From assembly GCA_002011035.2 (NCBI GenBank), contig MTLY02000001.1:448001-512000 (forward strand): DNA of 64,000 nt, in the 5' to 3' direction. The position numbers and the translations under genes were made by a program. The stretch is from Candidatus Hecatella orcuttiae. GTDB lineage: Archaea > Thermoproteota > Bathyarchaeia > Hecatellales > Hecatellaceae. This document shows, one piece after another, positions 8,871 to 19,052 of this stretch. Below the pieces are notes generated by a model. The model was not told the origin of the DNA. It saw only the letters and a program-made list of their open reading frames with translations, and did not search any database. Within the stretch, counting starts at the first letter, position 1; every line of letters starts with the position of its first letter.

Positions 8871-10643
8871 ATGCGCCTTAAACATTCAGGTTTGCTCCTA
8901 ACCTTAACCATCTTGCTGAGCCTGCTTTCAGCCCTCCCATCCGTTTCCGCCAATGCAAAAGGCGAAACCGTATCCCTCCAGCTGAGCGCTGCTCCTATGA
9001 TGGTCAACATCGGCGAGGGGGTTCAGGTGGAGGGTGAAACCACGCCTCCGCTAGACGGAACCCTCATCCTCATTCCCTACAAGGGCGCCTTTGCTCCCGA
9101 AATCTTGAGGGACATCCCGGTGGTGGAAGGCACTGTCTCCCTCGTATGGACTCCCAAAGAAGCCGGCCGCTACATGCTTGTAGCCATGTTCGTCCCTGAG
9201 GACTCCCGCTATCCCCCTGCCTTCGCAGCCGTCAAGAGCATCATTGTGAAAGACGTCCACATAGTCCTAACTGCGGAGAAAACCTTCTACAACACCGGGG
9301 AGACCGTGGGCCTGTCGGTCGCGGTTACGAGGAAAACCGACGGCAGACCTGTCCCTTACGCCAAGGTGCAGCTCAGCTTCGCAGACAGGACGCTGGAAGC
9401 CTCCGCCGACCGGCAGGGAAGTCTGTCCCTCAGCCTGACCTTTCCTGAGGATGCCTTCGGCGAGTACACCATCACCGCTGAACATCCGCCAGCCCAGGCT
9501 GCCGTGAAGATTCACATAGGACAGGACGTGATAGTCCAAAGGGTTGAGCTCATCCGAGGGCTTCCCTTTGACGGGGAGTTCTCGGCGAAAAGCATCAGCA
9601 GAGCCGAGTACGGGGAAACCTTCAAGAGCGCCTTGGAAGAAGTGCCACCGCAAGAATGGGAACTGGCACAGCAGGAGTATGAAGCCCTCTACATCCTCAC
9701 CGAGGAGGAAAACATCAAGGCTGTGACTGAATCCTTCTTCTCAGGGGCTGTAAGCGGATACTACGACGTGGAAGGAGACGAAATAGTGCTGGTGGGCGAG
9801 GCCATCGTCGACGAGGAAACCCTAGTCCACGAGCTTGTCCATCTTCTCCAAGACCGACACTTCCCGGAAATATTCGAATTCACCTCAAAGCTAACTGACA
9901 GCTCCTTCGCGGTAGACGCCTTGATTGAGGGAGACGCAGAGCTGGTGAGGGAGCTGTACGAAGCCCGATGGGGTTTCCCGCCTGTGGACGGGGGTGCGGC
10001 CGCGGCGGCTGACGGTGTGCCTTGGGGCTTCAGGCTGATCCAGTATTTCCCATACATTGAGGGTTTAAACTTCGTCCGGGAGCTTTGGATGCAGGGCGGC
10101 TGGGAGGCTGTTGACCAAGCCTACGCAGACCCGCCAAAAAGCACAGAGCAGATAATCCACCCGGAAAAATACGGCGTCGACACGCCTGTGAACGTCACCC
10201 TCCCTGACCTAAGCCTAGAAGAGTGGGAGGTCCTTGGAAACGACACCCTGGGGGAGTTCGCCCTGTTTATCATGTTCTGGAATCAGGGCATCGTCCCCAT
10301 CGGGGTGAAGGGCGACAGCTACACCTACTCAGCCAGCGTATCCGAGGGCTGGGACGGGGACCTGATGGTGGTGTACAAGAAAAGTGAAAGCTACGGCTAC
10401 GTGTGGAGAATCGCATGGGACAGCGAAGCCGACGCGGAGGAGTTCGTCGACGGATACGAATGGATGCTGTGGCGTATGGGCGCGGCGAAGGTGGAGGGCG
10501 TCTGGGAAATCGACTCCAACGACTACGTTCAAATCCTCCGGGAAGGCGGCACCGTCACCATCATAAATGCGCCAAGCTTGGAAGAACTAGGTGAAATTTG
10601 GGCTCTGAGCATGGAGTCGGAGAAACCGGAAACAGAAATCTGA
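8871..10643 (+). CDS. Secreted/surface protein: Ig-like domains plus putative zinc metallopeptidase domain (Hvo_1808-like)
   Basis: Signal peptide; beta-rich N-half; VHELVHLLQD (HExxH) and ALIEGDA; FPYIEG, PPKSTEQIIHPEKY, GWDGD. Confidence 0.75.
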   Translation: MRLKHSGLLLTLTILLSLLSALPSVSANAKGETVSLQLSAAPMMVNIGEGVQVEGETTPPLDGTLILIPYKGAFAPEILRDIPVVEGTVSLVWTPKEAGRYMLVAMFVPEDSRYPPAFAAVKSIIVKDVHIVLTAEKTFYNTGETVGLSVAVTRKTDGRPVPYAKVQLSFADRTLEASADRQGSLSLSLTFPEDAFGEYTITAEHPPAQAAVKIHIGQDVIVQRVELIRGLPFDGEFSAKSISRAEYGETFKSALEEVPPQEWELAQQEYEALYILTEEENIKAVTESFFSGAVSGYYDVEGDEIVLVGEAIVDEETLVHELVHLLQDRHFPEIFEFTSKLTDSSFAVDALIEGDAELVRELYEARWGFPPVDGGAAAAADGVPWGFRLIQYFPYIEGLNFVRELWMQGGWEAVDQAYADPPKSTEQIIHPEKYGVDTPVNVTLPDLSLEEWEVLGNDTLGEFALFIMFWNQGIVPIGVKGDSYTYSASVSEGWDGDLMVVYKKSESYGYVWRIAWDSEADAEEFVDGYEWMLWRMGAAKVEGVWEIDSNDYVQILREGGTVTIINAPSLEELGEIWALSMESEKPETEI

Positions 10644-10653
10644 GGTCGGAGTC

Positions 10654-11646
10654 TTGACAGCCGAGAAAACCTTGGGGGAAAGAGAAATCATCCAGCTACT
10701 CCTAGAAAAGTTTCAGCCCAGCCCTATGCCCATTCCCAGCGGGGACGACGTTTCAGCCGTGGACCTAGGAGGCGGAAGACTCGCCGTCTTAAAAGTAGAC
10801 ATGCTGGTGGGGAAAACCGACATGCCCCCAGGCATGACCGCCTATCAAGCAGCCAGGAAGGCGGTGGTCATGGCCGTCAGCGACTTCGCCGCCAAGGGCG
10901 TCCGCCCCAGAGCCGCCCTAGTGGGCTTAGGGCTGCCGAGGTATGGCAGCCGGAAGGTGAAAAGCCTAGCCGAAGGCCTCAGGGATGCAGCCCGCCAATA
11001 CGGCCTCAGCCTCATCGGAGGGGACACCAACGAGGCTGGGGACCTTGTCATCACCGTGGCCGCCCTAGGGTTCTGCGGGAAAGGCCGGCTTCTCCTCCGG
11101 GGAGGAGCCAAGCCCGGGGACCTCCTAGCGGTCACAGGCCCCTTCGGCAGGACTGCTGCGGGGTTGAAGATTCTCCTAGAAAACCTGAAGGCCCCCGGCA
11201 ACCTCAGGGAGAAGCTTCTCCGCCCCGTTTTCACTCCTGAGGCAAGGCTTCAGGTGGGGCTTAGGCTTCGGAGGCTAGGTGCCACCGCGGCCATCGACTC
11301 CAGCGACGGCTTGGCTTGGAGCCTCCGAGAACTGGCCGTGGCAAGCGGTGTGGGCTTCAGCGTCCACCGGCTTCCCTTGGCTCCGGAGGCCAAGGCCTTC
11401 GCCGACCTCCACCGGCTGGACCCTTTTGACTTGACGTTCTACGGGGGAGAGGAGTACGAGCTGGTGGTGACGTTGGACCCTCGGAGATTTCGGAGAGGCT
11501 GGGAAAAACGCTGGGGGTTGCAAGTCATAGGGCGGGCGGTGGAACAGGGCGGACTGGTCTTCGAGGAGAAAGATGTTAGGAGGACCATTCAGCCTCGAGG
11601 CTGGGAGCATTTTAAAGCTAGAAGACGGGGAAGGAAGCTAGCATGA
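10654..11646 (+). CDS. thiL: Thiamine-monophosphate kinase
   Basis: LGEREII, GDDVS, VSDFAAKG, GGDTN, IDSSDGL, GGEEYELV. Confidence 0.92.
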   Translation: MTAEKTLGEREIIQLLLEKFQPSPMPIPSGDDVSAVDLGGGRLAVLKVDMLVGKTDMPPGMTAYQAARKAVVMAVSDFAAKGVRPRAALVGLGLPRYGSRKVKSLAEGLRDAARQYGLSLIGGDTNEAGDLVITVAALGFCGKGRLLLRGGAKPGDLLAVTGPFGRTAAGLKILLENLKAPGNLREKLLRPVFTPEARLQVGLRLRRLGATAAIDSSDGLAWSLRELAVASGVGFSVHRLPLAPEAKAFADLHRLDPFDLTFYGGEEYELVVTLDPRRFRRGWEKRWGLQVIGRAVEQGGLVFEEKDVRRTIQPRGWEHFKARRRGRKLA

Positions 11647-12380
11647 GCCGCCTGTTGGAGGAGATGAACTGGAAGGAGCTAGAAAAGGCCCTCAGAGAAA
11701 CCAAGACGGTCATTGTTCCTTGCGGCTCCACCGAGGAGCACGGCTACCATCTCCCTCTCTCCACCGACACACTGATAGCCTGCGAGATAGCCCGCCGGAC
11801 GGCAGAACGGGTCAACGTCCTCGTAGCTCCGCCCATAAACTACGGAGTATGCCGGAGCACGGGGTCGTTCCCCGGCACCCTGACCATCAGCCTAGACGCC
11901 TTGAGGGCGCTGGTGGAGGAAATCTGCGAAAGCCTCCACGCCCACGGCTTCCGCAACATCATCCTCCTCCCCGGCCACCTGGGCGCCGCCCAGATGGTGG
12001 GGCTGGAGCTGGCAGCCCAGAAGCTCGTAGAGAAGCATCAGGACCTCTCCATGGCTGTTGTGAGGTGGGAGGAGGCGATCAAAAAACTGACTGGAACAGT
12101 CCTAAAGGACCCACGGGACGGCCACGCGGGGGAGGCTGAGACATCCCTCATGCTGGCCCTCAAACCTGAACTCGTCAGGATGGAGAAGACAGTCGACGAG
12201 CATCCCCGTTTCCCAGAACATTTGGTGGTCGCGAAGCCTGGAGACTATCTCAAGTCCGGGGTGATGGGCTCCCCCACCAAGGCCTCGAGAGAGAAGGGTG
12301 AAAAAATCTTGGAAGCCCTCGTCCGAGAGGTGGAGGAGCTGGTGAAAAGGATGGAGAAGAGAAGACAGCATCGAAAATAA
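11643..12380 (+). CDS. Creatininase-family amidohydrolase
   Basis: GSTEEHGYHLPLSTD, FPGTLTI, GHAGEAETS, GVMGSP. Confidence 0.9.
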   Translation: MSRLLEEMNWKELEKALRETKTVIVPCGSTEEHGYHLPLSTDTLIACEIARRTAERVNVLVAPPINYGVCRSTGSFPGTLTISLDALRALVEEICESLHAHGFRNIILLPGHLGAAQMVGLELAAQKLVEKHQDLSMAVVRWEEAIKKLTGTVLKDPRDGHAGEAETSLMLALKPELVRMEKTVDEHPRFPEHLVVAKPGDYLKSGVMGSPTKASREKGEKILEALVREVEELVKRMEKRRQHRK

Positions 12381-12477
12381 GCAACTTGCTCTCATGCATG
12401 GGGGACCGGGGATCCCCTAAGGCTTATCTCACCATGGGGTATTTCCGCACACTATATTTTCTACCTGTCTGAAAAAC

Positions 12478-13068
12478 TCATTTTCCAAGTTCATTTTCAA
12501 GTTTTTCGACAAGCCGCAGATAGCGCTGGTGCAGGTTCACTCCGATTTTTTTCTCCGCTTCCTCAAATCTTCTCCGCAGCTGCTTTTTCTCAGCGTCGGG
12601 GATGAGGCGGTCGGCGACGGGGAAGATGAAGCTGTCTTCCTTGAAAATATGCTCGGTGAGAAGCCTGATGTAGCTTTGAAGGCTTTTCGCCAAGGCTTTC
12701 CTGGCAGGTGCGTCTCCTCCCTCATATTTTTGGAGACTTTTAGCCGCAGCCCGGATAAGCCGGCGTCCTTCTTCATGCTCTGAAAGCATAACTCCGATCT
12801 CCGCGGAGGGCATGACACCTATGTGCCCCACCGCCTCCACGGCGGAAAACCCGTGCTCCTGGAGGGCTGAGAACAGTACGTCCTCCTCCTTACCATGATG
12901 GCAGCGGTCGGCGAAAGTTCTGAGAAAGTCTAACGCATCCTTTAAAAGGGACGGCTGAACAGGCTCTCCCTCACTCAGCCTAGCAGCGGCTTTCTTCAAC
13001 ACCTCCAGCATCCTCTCTATGACCCGGTGCTCCTCCTCCAGAACCTCAACCAAAGATGAACCCGCCAA
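12478..13068 (-). CDS. Hemerythrin (HHE) domain protein
   Basis: EEHRVI, FADRCHHGKEEDVLF, EHEEGR, EHIFKED. Confidence 0.9.
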   Translation of the reverse strand: MAGSSLVEVLEEEHRVIERMLEVLKKAAARLSEGEPVQPSLLKDALDFLRTFADRCHHGKEEDVLFSALQEHGFSAVEAVGHIGVMPSAEIGVMLSEHEEGRRLIRAAAKSLQKYEGGDAPARKALAKSLQSYIRLLTEHIFKEDSFIFPVADRLIPDAEKKQLRRRFEEAEKKIGVNLHQRYLRLVEKLENELGK

Positions 13069-13177
13069 GTTTCGTCCCCTATTCCTCTATTCTCATAAAG
13101 CCTTTTAACCGAACACCGCTACAGAACTGGGCTGAAGCATCGGATCACACCCGAGAGGATTCGCCTCGGTTAAGCCG

Positions 13178-13861
13178 CTATGTCCCCTTATCCAATAAAA
13201 CCAGTTGACTGCAGAGATCGTCTCCTCTCACGATGCATTTTTCCAGTTTTATTCTATCAGTGTTCAAGATTCTAGCCACAGCTCCCTGATGCATCACGCA
13301 GAGTAGACCGTTTAACTCAGGGATAACGTCCCCGAAAACACAGTTCCGGTAAGTGATGATATACTCCTCGCCGCGCTTCGAAAGGGATGTGAAAAAACCG
13401 AACTCATCGAAAAGCTTCACCATCTTCTTCAGCCGACGGCTGCCGTCTTTGGGCAGGTGAGGCAGGAAGTAGCCGGCAAGGTCTTCGGAGAGCCCCTCCA
13501 TCAGCACCCTGAGAGCCTGCTTGCCGTATATTCTAGTGATTCTCCGGGTTAGCAAAGCGACGAGCACGTCGCTTTTTTTCGGAAGAATCCTCCTGCCCAG
13601 CTGGGTTAGGCGGTATTTCTTCTTCGGCCGCCCGACGGAAGACCTGTCGAAGTATGGGGAAACGAGGCCCTCCCGCTCCAAGATGGATAGATGACGCCTG
13701 ACTGCGCTTTCGTTGATACCCAGTTTCTTCTCGAGTTCAATGGCGTTGAGATCTCCTTGGAGAAGATAGGTGAAGATCAGCTCTCGAGTCCCCTTTATTT
13801 CCACCCCTAATCTTCGGCCGTGCTCAGCAGGCTGATTTATTTGTTCAATTTTCGCTGCCAT
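13178..13861 (-). CDS. wHTH transcriptional regulator with Cys-containing sensor domain (SufR-like)
   Basis: LGINESAVRRHLSILEREGLV...VGRPKKKYRLT; C-terminal NCVF..LLC..C..GDDLC. Confidence 0.8.
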   Translation of the reverse strand: MAAKIEQINQPAEHGRRLGVEIKGTRELIFTYLLQGDLNAIELEKKLGINESAVRRHLSILEREGLVSPYFDRSSVGRPKKKYRLTQLGRRILPKKSDVLVALLTRRITRIYGKQALRVLMEGLSEDLAGYFLPHLPKDGSRRLKKMVKLFDEFGFFTSLSKRGEEYIITYRNCVFGDVIPELNGLLCVMHQGAVARILNTDRIKLEKCIVRGDDLCSQLVLLDKGT

Positions 13862-13925
13862 GATGTTCCCTCAGGATGCTAGAGGCTGACTGTATTGTTT
13901 AACGGAGGTAAATATTTATATAGTT

Positions 13926-13945
13926 TACTCACAAAATAGTGAGTA
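13926..13945. promoter_or_regulatory. Palindromic operator TACTCAC-N6-GTGAGTA
   Basis: Perfect 7-bp inverted repeat just downstream of ATATTTATATA, between the divergent regulator and hemerythrin genes. Confidence 0.6.
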
Positions 13946-13981
13946 TATCTTTCACCCTCATCGTCGAAACGGGTCCCCACC

Positions 13982-14761
13982 ATGGACGAATATCTGAACA
14001 TGGAGGTCAAGGAGGTTATCTCAAAATTTCCCGAGGCAGCGCGAGTGCTGGACGAATACAACATCGGATGCACCGTCTGCAACGCAGGGTCTTGCCTCCT
14101 AAAGGACATCGTGGAAATACACAGTCTATCTTCGGATGAAGAGCAAGAGCTGATGGCCAAACTTGCCAGAGTGGTCTATCCAGGCCGGGATGTGAAGGTG
14201 CTTGAGGTTGGAAGAAAACCTAAAGCTAAACCTGAGAGGGTGAAGTATTCCCCGCCCTTGAAAAAACTGGTGGACGAGCATTTGCTGATAAAAAGGTGGA
14301 TAGCGCTGATACCCAAGCTGGCTGAAAGCTTGGACGTTAACACAGAAGAGGGGAGACAATTGGTCCTTCAAGGAGTTGATTTTATCCGCACCTATGCAGA
14401 CCGGTATCACCACGCCAAGGAGGAGGAAGTTCTCTTCAAGTACTTTGACGAAAACCTAGAAATCCTCAAGACCATGCACGCCGACCATGAAAAGGCGAGA
14501 AGCCATGTGAGGAGCATCCTTCAAGCTGTGGAGGAAAAAAATGGAGAAGCCGTCAAGGAGCATCTAAACGCCTACAGGGAGTTGCTGACAGAGCACATCA
14601 AAAAAGAAGATGAGATCCTCTACCCTTGGATGGACAGGGGACTCTCCCTAACTCAAGTGGGAGAGCTGTTTTCAAGATTCAACGAGTTGGAGGAGCAGTT
14701 TCAAACTGTCCCTGAAAAATATGAAGAGTTCATCCGAAAACTGGAAGAAAAATTCAGGTAA
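13982..14761 (+). CDS. Hemerythrin domain protein with N-terminal CxxC (DUF1858/ScdA-like) domain
   Basis: NIGCTVC; DEHLLI, YADRYHHAKEEEVLF, DHEKAR, EHIKKEDEILYP. Confidence 0.85.
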   Translation: MDEYLNMEVKEVISKFPEAARVLDEYNIGCTVCNAGSCLLKDIVEIHSLSSDEEQELMAKLARVVYPGRDVKVLEVGRKPKAKPERVKYSPPLKKLVDEHLLIKRWIALIPKLAESLDVNTEEGRQLVLQGVDFIRTYADRYHHAKEEEVLFKYFDENLEILKTMHADHEKARSHVRSILQAVEEKNGEAVKEHLNAYRELLTEHIKKEDEILYPWMDRGLSLTQVGELFSRFNELEEQFQTVPEKYEEFIRKLEEKFR

Positions 14762-14784
14762 CAATAAGACAAGGAGGTGAAAAG

Positions 14785-15252
14785 ATGGTGTTTGAAGGCT
14801 GTCCGGGTTCGCATACATTGGATTTGAGGGAAAAAGAAACCCGAGAAACAACCCCCACAGAAAAAGTTAGGTCTCAGCTTAGACAGTGGCCGATTCAGCT
14901 ACACCTGATCTCGCCCACCGCGCCCTACTATCAGGGGGCGGATGTGCTTCTGACGGCTGACTGCGTGGCTTACGCGTTGGGTAACTTCCACACCGACTAC
15001 TTGAAGGGCAAGTCCATTGCCATCGCCTGCCCTAAGCTGGACGAAGGCCAAGATGTCTACGTGGAGAAGATTAAGTCTTGGCTGGAAGATGCTAAGATAA
15101 ACACTCTCTCGGTGTTGATCATGCAGGTTCCCTGCTGCATGGGATTGGTGAACCTAGCTCAGCAGGCTGCTGAACGTTCGAAGAGAAAAGTCCCCATCAA
15201 ATCCATCATCGTCGGCATACAGGGCGACATCCTCTCAGAGGAGTGGGTGTGA
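14785..15252 (+). CDS. Fe-S cluster-binding protein, stand-alone C-terminal domain
   Basis: SQLRQWPIQLHL, ADC, IACPKLD, MQVPCCMGL; strong SD GGAGGTGA. Confidence 0.8.
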   Translation: MVFEGCPGSHTLDLREKETRETTPTEKVRSQLRQWPIQLHLISPTAPYYQGADVLLTADCVAYALGNFHTDYLKGKSIAIACPKLDEGQDVYVEKIKSWLEDAKINTLSVLIMQVPCCMGLVNLAQQAAERSKRKVPIKSIIVGIQGDILSEEWV

Positions 15253-15404
15253 AAGAAATTAAGAACCTGACAATCCTGGGTGAAAGCATTGTTTCAAAGC
15301 GGAGCGGAGAACGCGCCTAAAGATTTAAGTTCTTCTTAGACGCATCCAGCAGTAAAATTTCAACCCTCTTTTCCAGCTTCCTCCACGACTCCGGGGAGTA
15401 TCCC

Positions 15405-16961
15405 TTGGTCAACCTTAGAAAAAGCCTTTGGGGCAAAGGCTACCAGCCCAAGCTGGTTCAAGTTCCCCAAACCGACTACAAAGAACTGGTGAGGGTGGGG
15501 CTGGACAGGTTCACCGAGAGCGCCGCCGGATTCGCGAAGCCGGTATACTTCATCGTAGCCTCAGTGGAGCTGGGGAACACCACCACCAAGTGCATCCTGA
15601 CGGCCACCAACCTTCGGGAACAGAAGATCTACCTCCTGAACAAAACCGTCCGGTTGACCAAGGAGATGAGAAGCCCCCTACCTGGGGAGGAGGTCTTTGG
15701 GGAGACCGTCTGGAAAAAAGAGCTCACCGTCAACGCGGTGAAGGAGTTCATCCGCGACACTCTCCTCCAGTGTTTGGAGGAGGCAAAAATAGACAAGGAC
15801 AGAGACCTCCACTTCGTGGTAAGGTCCACCGGTGTGACCGCCGGTTTCGCCACGCCGGAGGAAGTGGGCGCCATGATCCACGCCTTGGCCCAAGGCTGTC
15901 TAGCTGCCGGCATCAGCTCCTCCAAGATGGTGGCCCCCCTGACCAAGGAGCATGTCCCCAAGGAGCTCAGAGAATACTCGCTGCTGGACAAGGTGCCCTT
16001 CGACGGCTCTGTAGCCGGAAGCTTGCCGCCTCGAACCCCCGGCCAAGTTATCGCCAACGAAATGGAAGCCGAGCTGTCCACTGCTGGGTTGAAGATGGGA
16101 GCCCGCTGGATAGGCTTCGACTTCCGAAACCCGGTGGTGGCAATGGACTTCGGCACAACCCTGAAGGGTAGGATAACCGACAAGTCGTCTCCCTACGCTC
16201 AAACCGTGGGAAGCATAGCCGGCTTGGGCGGAGCTATACCCGACGCCCTCGTCCAAGGCGCCGGCCTCGTGGACGCTGAAAACGGCTCTGTCCTAGAAGC
16301 TCGGGCTGAGGAAGCCGGCGGGAGGAGGGTCTCAGGAGGCTGGGAAGACTGGGTGGAGGACGCCTTGAAACATCTGCGGATAATGGCGATTCCCCCTGAC
16401 AGTTCAAGGTTTGGAACGGTTCCAGTGAACCCTAAGGCTGCTAGGGAGGCAGCCGTGTTCCTGATAGGCTGCGACATCGGAGTGAACGGGAGCAACATCC
16501 CCAAGCTCCGCAGGCTGGGGGAGAAAATCCGCCGAGAGCAAGGGCTCCCAGCCCTGTTTAGGGTGATAGACGCTCTCATGGCCCGGGTGGCCTCCCGCAT
16601 CGTGGAGCTGGCCATGGAAGCGGGGCTGATAGGCGCTGATGTCTCCATAGGCCTCACCGGTCGGGCGGGCATAACAGGCGAGAAACCTCAGGCCTTCCTG
16701 AAGCTCGTTGACGATTTGGGGCTGTATCCTCGTGGAGCCGTAAGCGACCGGGTGGTGTTCGTGGAGGACGCCTTGGCCCTCGGAGCCGGAGTGATGAGCA
16801 GGTGCATGTTCAGCTTGGGCACGCCTAAGAAGCCTTTGGGGGGAAGACGGGGGGAACCCTGCATCCTAGCCAAGCGGATGAAATATTTGGAGAAGACAGC
16901 CGCCTGGACTCCCCAGCACCTCAAGGAACTGAAGACATCTCCAGCAGCCCGAGAAGAGTAG
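15405..16961 (+). CDS. Methanogenesis marker protein 14 (DUF2114), ASKHA-like
   Basis: IVASVELGNTTTKCILTATNL, DLHFVVRSTGVTAGF, ANEMEAEL, DFRNP..MDFGTTL.GRI, GLTGRAGITG, RCM.SLGTPKKPLGG.RG..CIL. Confidence 0.85.
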   Translation: MVNLRKSLWGKGYQPKLVQVPQTDYKELVRVGLDRFTESAAGFAKPVYFIVASVELGNTTTKCILTATNLREQKIYLLNKTVRLTKEMRSPLPGEEVFGETVWKKELTVNAVKEFIRDTLLQCLEEAKIDKDRDLHFVVRSTGVTAGFATPEEVGAMIHALAQGCLAAGISSSKMVAPLTKEHVPKELREYSLLDKVPFDGSVAGSLPPRTPGQVIANEMEAELSTAGLKMGARWIGFDFRNPVVAMDFGTTLKGRITDKSSPYAQTVGSIAGLGGAIPDALVQGAGLVDAENGSVLEARAEEAGGRRVSGGWEDWVEDALKHLRIMAIPPDSSRFGTVPVNPKAAREAAVFLIGCDIGVNGSNIPKLRRLGEKIRREQGLPALFRVIDALMARVASRIVELAMEAGLIGADVSIGLTGRAGITGEKPQAFLKLVDDLGLYPRGAVSDRVVFVEDALALGAGVMSRCMFSLGTPKKPLGGRRGEPCILAKRMKYLEKTAAWTPQHLKELKTSPAAREE

Positions 16962-17077
16962 GCCGGGACTTCAGCCTGCCCGGGGAACATTCCGCAACGT
17001 CCTCACGCCGGCTGGGAGTCAGGGAGACTAAACCTTAAAAATTCTCAAGCACCTAGAGAGTCTAGCTTCCCTAGGCG

Positions 17078-19015
17078 GTGGAGATGACTTCATCCAACGT
17101 GGAAAATACTCGCCCCCCAAACAAGCATCTGGTTGTCTTCCAGCCCAGTGGGCGAAGAGAATATTTCAGTAGCTCGCAGACGCTGCTGGACGCTGCCAAA
17201 GAGCTGGGAGTGCCCATCGAAAGCGTGTGCGGCGGGGAGCGGTGGTGCGCCAAGTGCAAGGTCATCATCGAGAGAGGCATGGAAAACCTCTCCCCTCTCA
17301 CTTTGGAGGAAAAGCAGCTTCTGAGGGATGAAGAGCTTAACTCCAACTACAGGCTGGCTTGTTGCAGCGAGATAAGGGGGGATGTCGTTGCCCTCGTGCC
17401 CGAGGTCAGCAAGGCGGCGGTTCAGGTTGTCCGAAAGCCTGTTCGGGAGATCCCTGTAAAACTGGACCCCGCGGTGAAGAAATACTACGTGGAACTGAAG
17501 CCTCCAAGCCTTCAAGACCCCCTAGGCGACTTGGACAGGCTGCTAGAAGCTTTAAGGGACAGCTACGGCCTAGACGGCTTAAACATCGATTACTCCGTCC
17601 TCCGGGAGCTTCCCTCCACCTTGAGGGAGGGAAACTGGAAGGTCACGGTCACTGTTTGGGATTCCAGGGAAATCATCCGGGTGGAGCCCGGCTTGGTTAA
17701 GGAGGCCTACGGCTTAGCTGTGGACATAGGAACCACCACGGTGGTCGGCTATCTGCTGGAGCTCTCCACCGGAAAGCTGGTTTCGGTTTACTCCATGATG
17801 AACCCCCAAGTGCCGTTCGGGGAGGATGTCATGTCCCGGATCAGCTACACCATCGCCAACCCCGACGGCTTAGAGAAGCTTCACTCGAAGATTCTCACGG
17901 GCATAAACCTCATCCTCCTCAACACGGCGAGGGATGCGGGGATCACCTACGACGACATCTACGAAATTGTCCTCGTGGGAAACACCTGCATGCACCATCT
18001 CTTCCTAAAATTGGACCCCCAGTTTTTAGGCCGGTCTCCTTTCCCTCCCACAGTTCACAGGGCCGTTAACCTGAAACCCCGGGAGCTGGGCTTGAACATG
18101 TGGAAGGCGGGGAACGTTCACTTTCTCCCCGTGGAAGCCGGGTTCGTGGGGGCTGACAACGTGGGCGTGCTCATCACAGTGGAGCCTTGGAAAAAATCTG
18201 AGGTTCAACTCATCATCGACATCGGAACCAACGGGGAGCTGGTCTTGGGAAACAACACCCGGCTTCTCTCCGCCTCCTGCGCCACAGGGCCTGCCTTCGA
18301 GGGAGCCCACATGAAATATGGGATGAGGGCGGCTCCAGGGGCCATTGAGAGAGTCAAGATAGACCCAGACAGCATGGAGGTTGAATACGAAACCATCGAG
18401 GGCGAAAAGGCCCGGGGCATATGCGGCTCAGGCATCATCGAAGCCATGGCTGAAATGTTCAAGGCGGGAGTCATTCTGAAAAACGGAAACATCAACAAAG
18501 ACCTCCGCAGCCCACGCCTGAGGCAGGGGGAAGACGGCTACGAGTTCATTCTCGTCCCCAAGGAGGAAACGGCCATCGGAGCCGACATCGTCGTAACCCA
18601 GAAAGACGTGAGAGCCATCCAGCTGGCTAAGGGAGCCATGTACACAGGGGCTAAAATCTTGATGAAGCACTTCGGCGTCCGGGAGCTGGATGAGGTTGTC
18701 TTGGCAGGGGCTTTCGGAAGCTACATCGACAGGGAAGCCTCCATGGCCATAGGCTTGTTCCCCGACTGCGACCTAGCCAAGGTGAAGGCGGTGGGGAACG
18801 CGGCGGGCGACGGGGCGAGGTTAGCTCTTCTCAGCAGGGAGAAAAGGGAAGAAGCCTATGAAGTTGCGAAGAAGGTGAAATATGTGGAATTGACCGTGGA
18901 CCCTTCCTTCCAATCGGAGTTCATGAAGTCCATGTTTTTCCCCCACAAGGAGGACCCTTTCCCCCACCTCAACCACCTCTGGGATAACATGCCCAAACAG
19001 CAGGGAAAAGTTTAA
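17078..19015 (+). CDS. RACo/RamA-type reductive activator of corrinoid proteins (2Fe-2S + ASKHA, DUF4445)
   Basis: CGGERWCAKC...RLAC; AVDIGTTTV, NPQVPFGEDVMSRI, IDIGTNGE, SCATGPAFEG, GICGSG, LAGAFG, VGNAAG. Confidence 0.92.
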   Translation: MEMTSSNVENTRPPNKHLVVFQPSGRREYFSSSQTLLDAAKELGVPIESVCGGERWCAKCKVIIERGMENLSPLTLEEKQLLRDEELNSNYRLACCSEIRGDVVALVPEVSKAAVQVVRKPVREIPVKLDPAVKKYYVELKPPSLQDPLGDLDRLLEALRDSYGLDGLNIDYSVLRELPSTLREGNWKVTVTVWDSREIIRVEPGLVKEAYGLAVDIGTTTVVGYLLELSTGKLVSVYSMMNPQVPFGEDVMSRISYTIANPDGLEKLHSKILTGINLILLNTARDAGITYDDIYEIVLVGNTCMHHLFLKLDPQFLGRSPFPPTVHRAVNLKPRELGLNMWKAGNVHFLPVEAGFVGADNVGVLITVEPWKKSEVQLIIDIGTNGELVLGNNTRLLSASCATGPAFEGAHMKYGMRAAPGAIERVKIDPDSMEVEYETIEGEKARGICGSGIIEAMAEMFKAGVILKNGNINKDLRSPRLRQGEDGYEFILVPKEETAIGADIVVTQKDVRAIQLAKGAMYTGAKILMKHFGVRELDEVVLAGAFGSYIDREASMAIGLFPDCDLAKVKAVGNAAGDGARLALLSREKREEAYEVAKKVKYVELTVDPSFQSEFMKSMFFPHKEDPFPHLNHLWDNMPKQQGKV

Positions 19016-19052
19016 ACAAAATTCGCGGAAAAGACATACCTGAGGCTTTCAG

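Noticed and set aside
16962-17040. Possible structured RNA or MITE between marker 14 and the RACo gene (GACTTCAGCC...GGCTGGGAGTC)
   Set aside because: Single imperfect stem, no second copy or recognisable family
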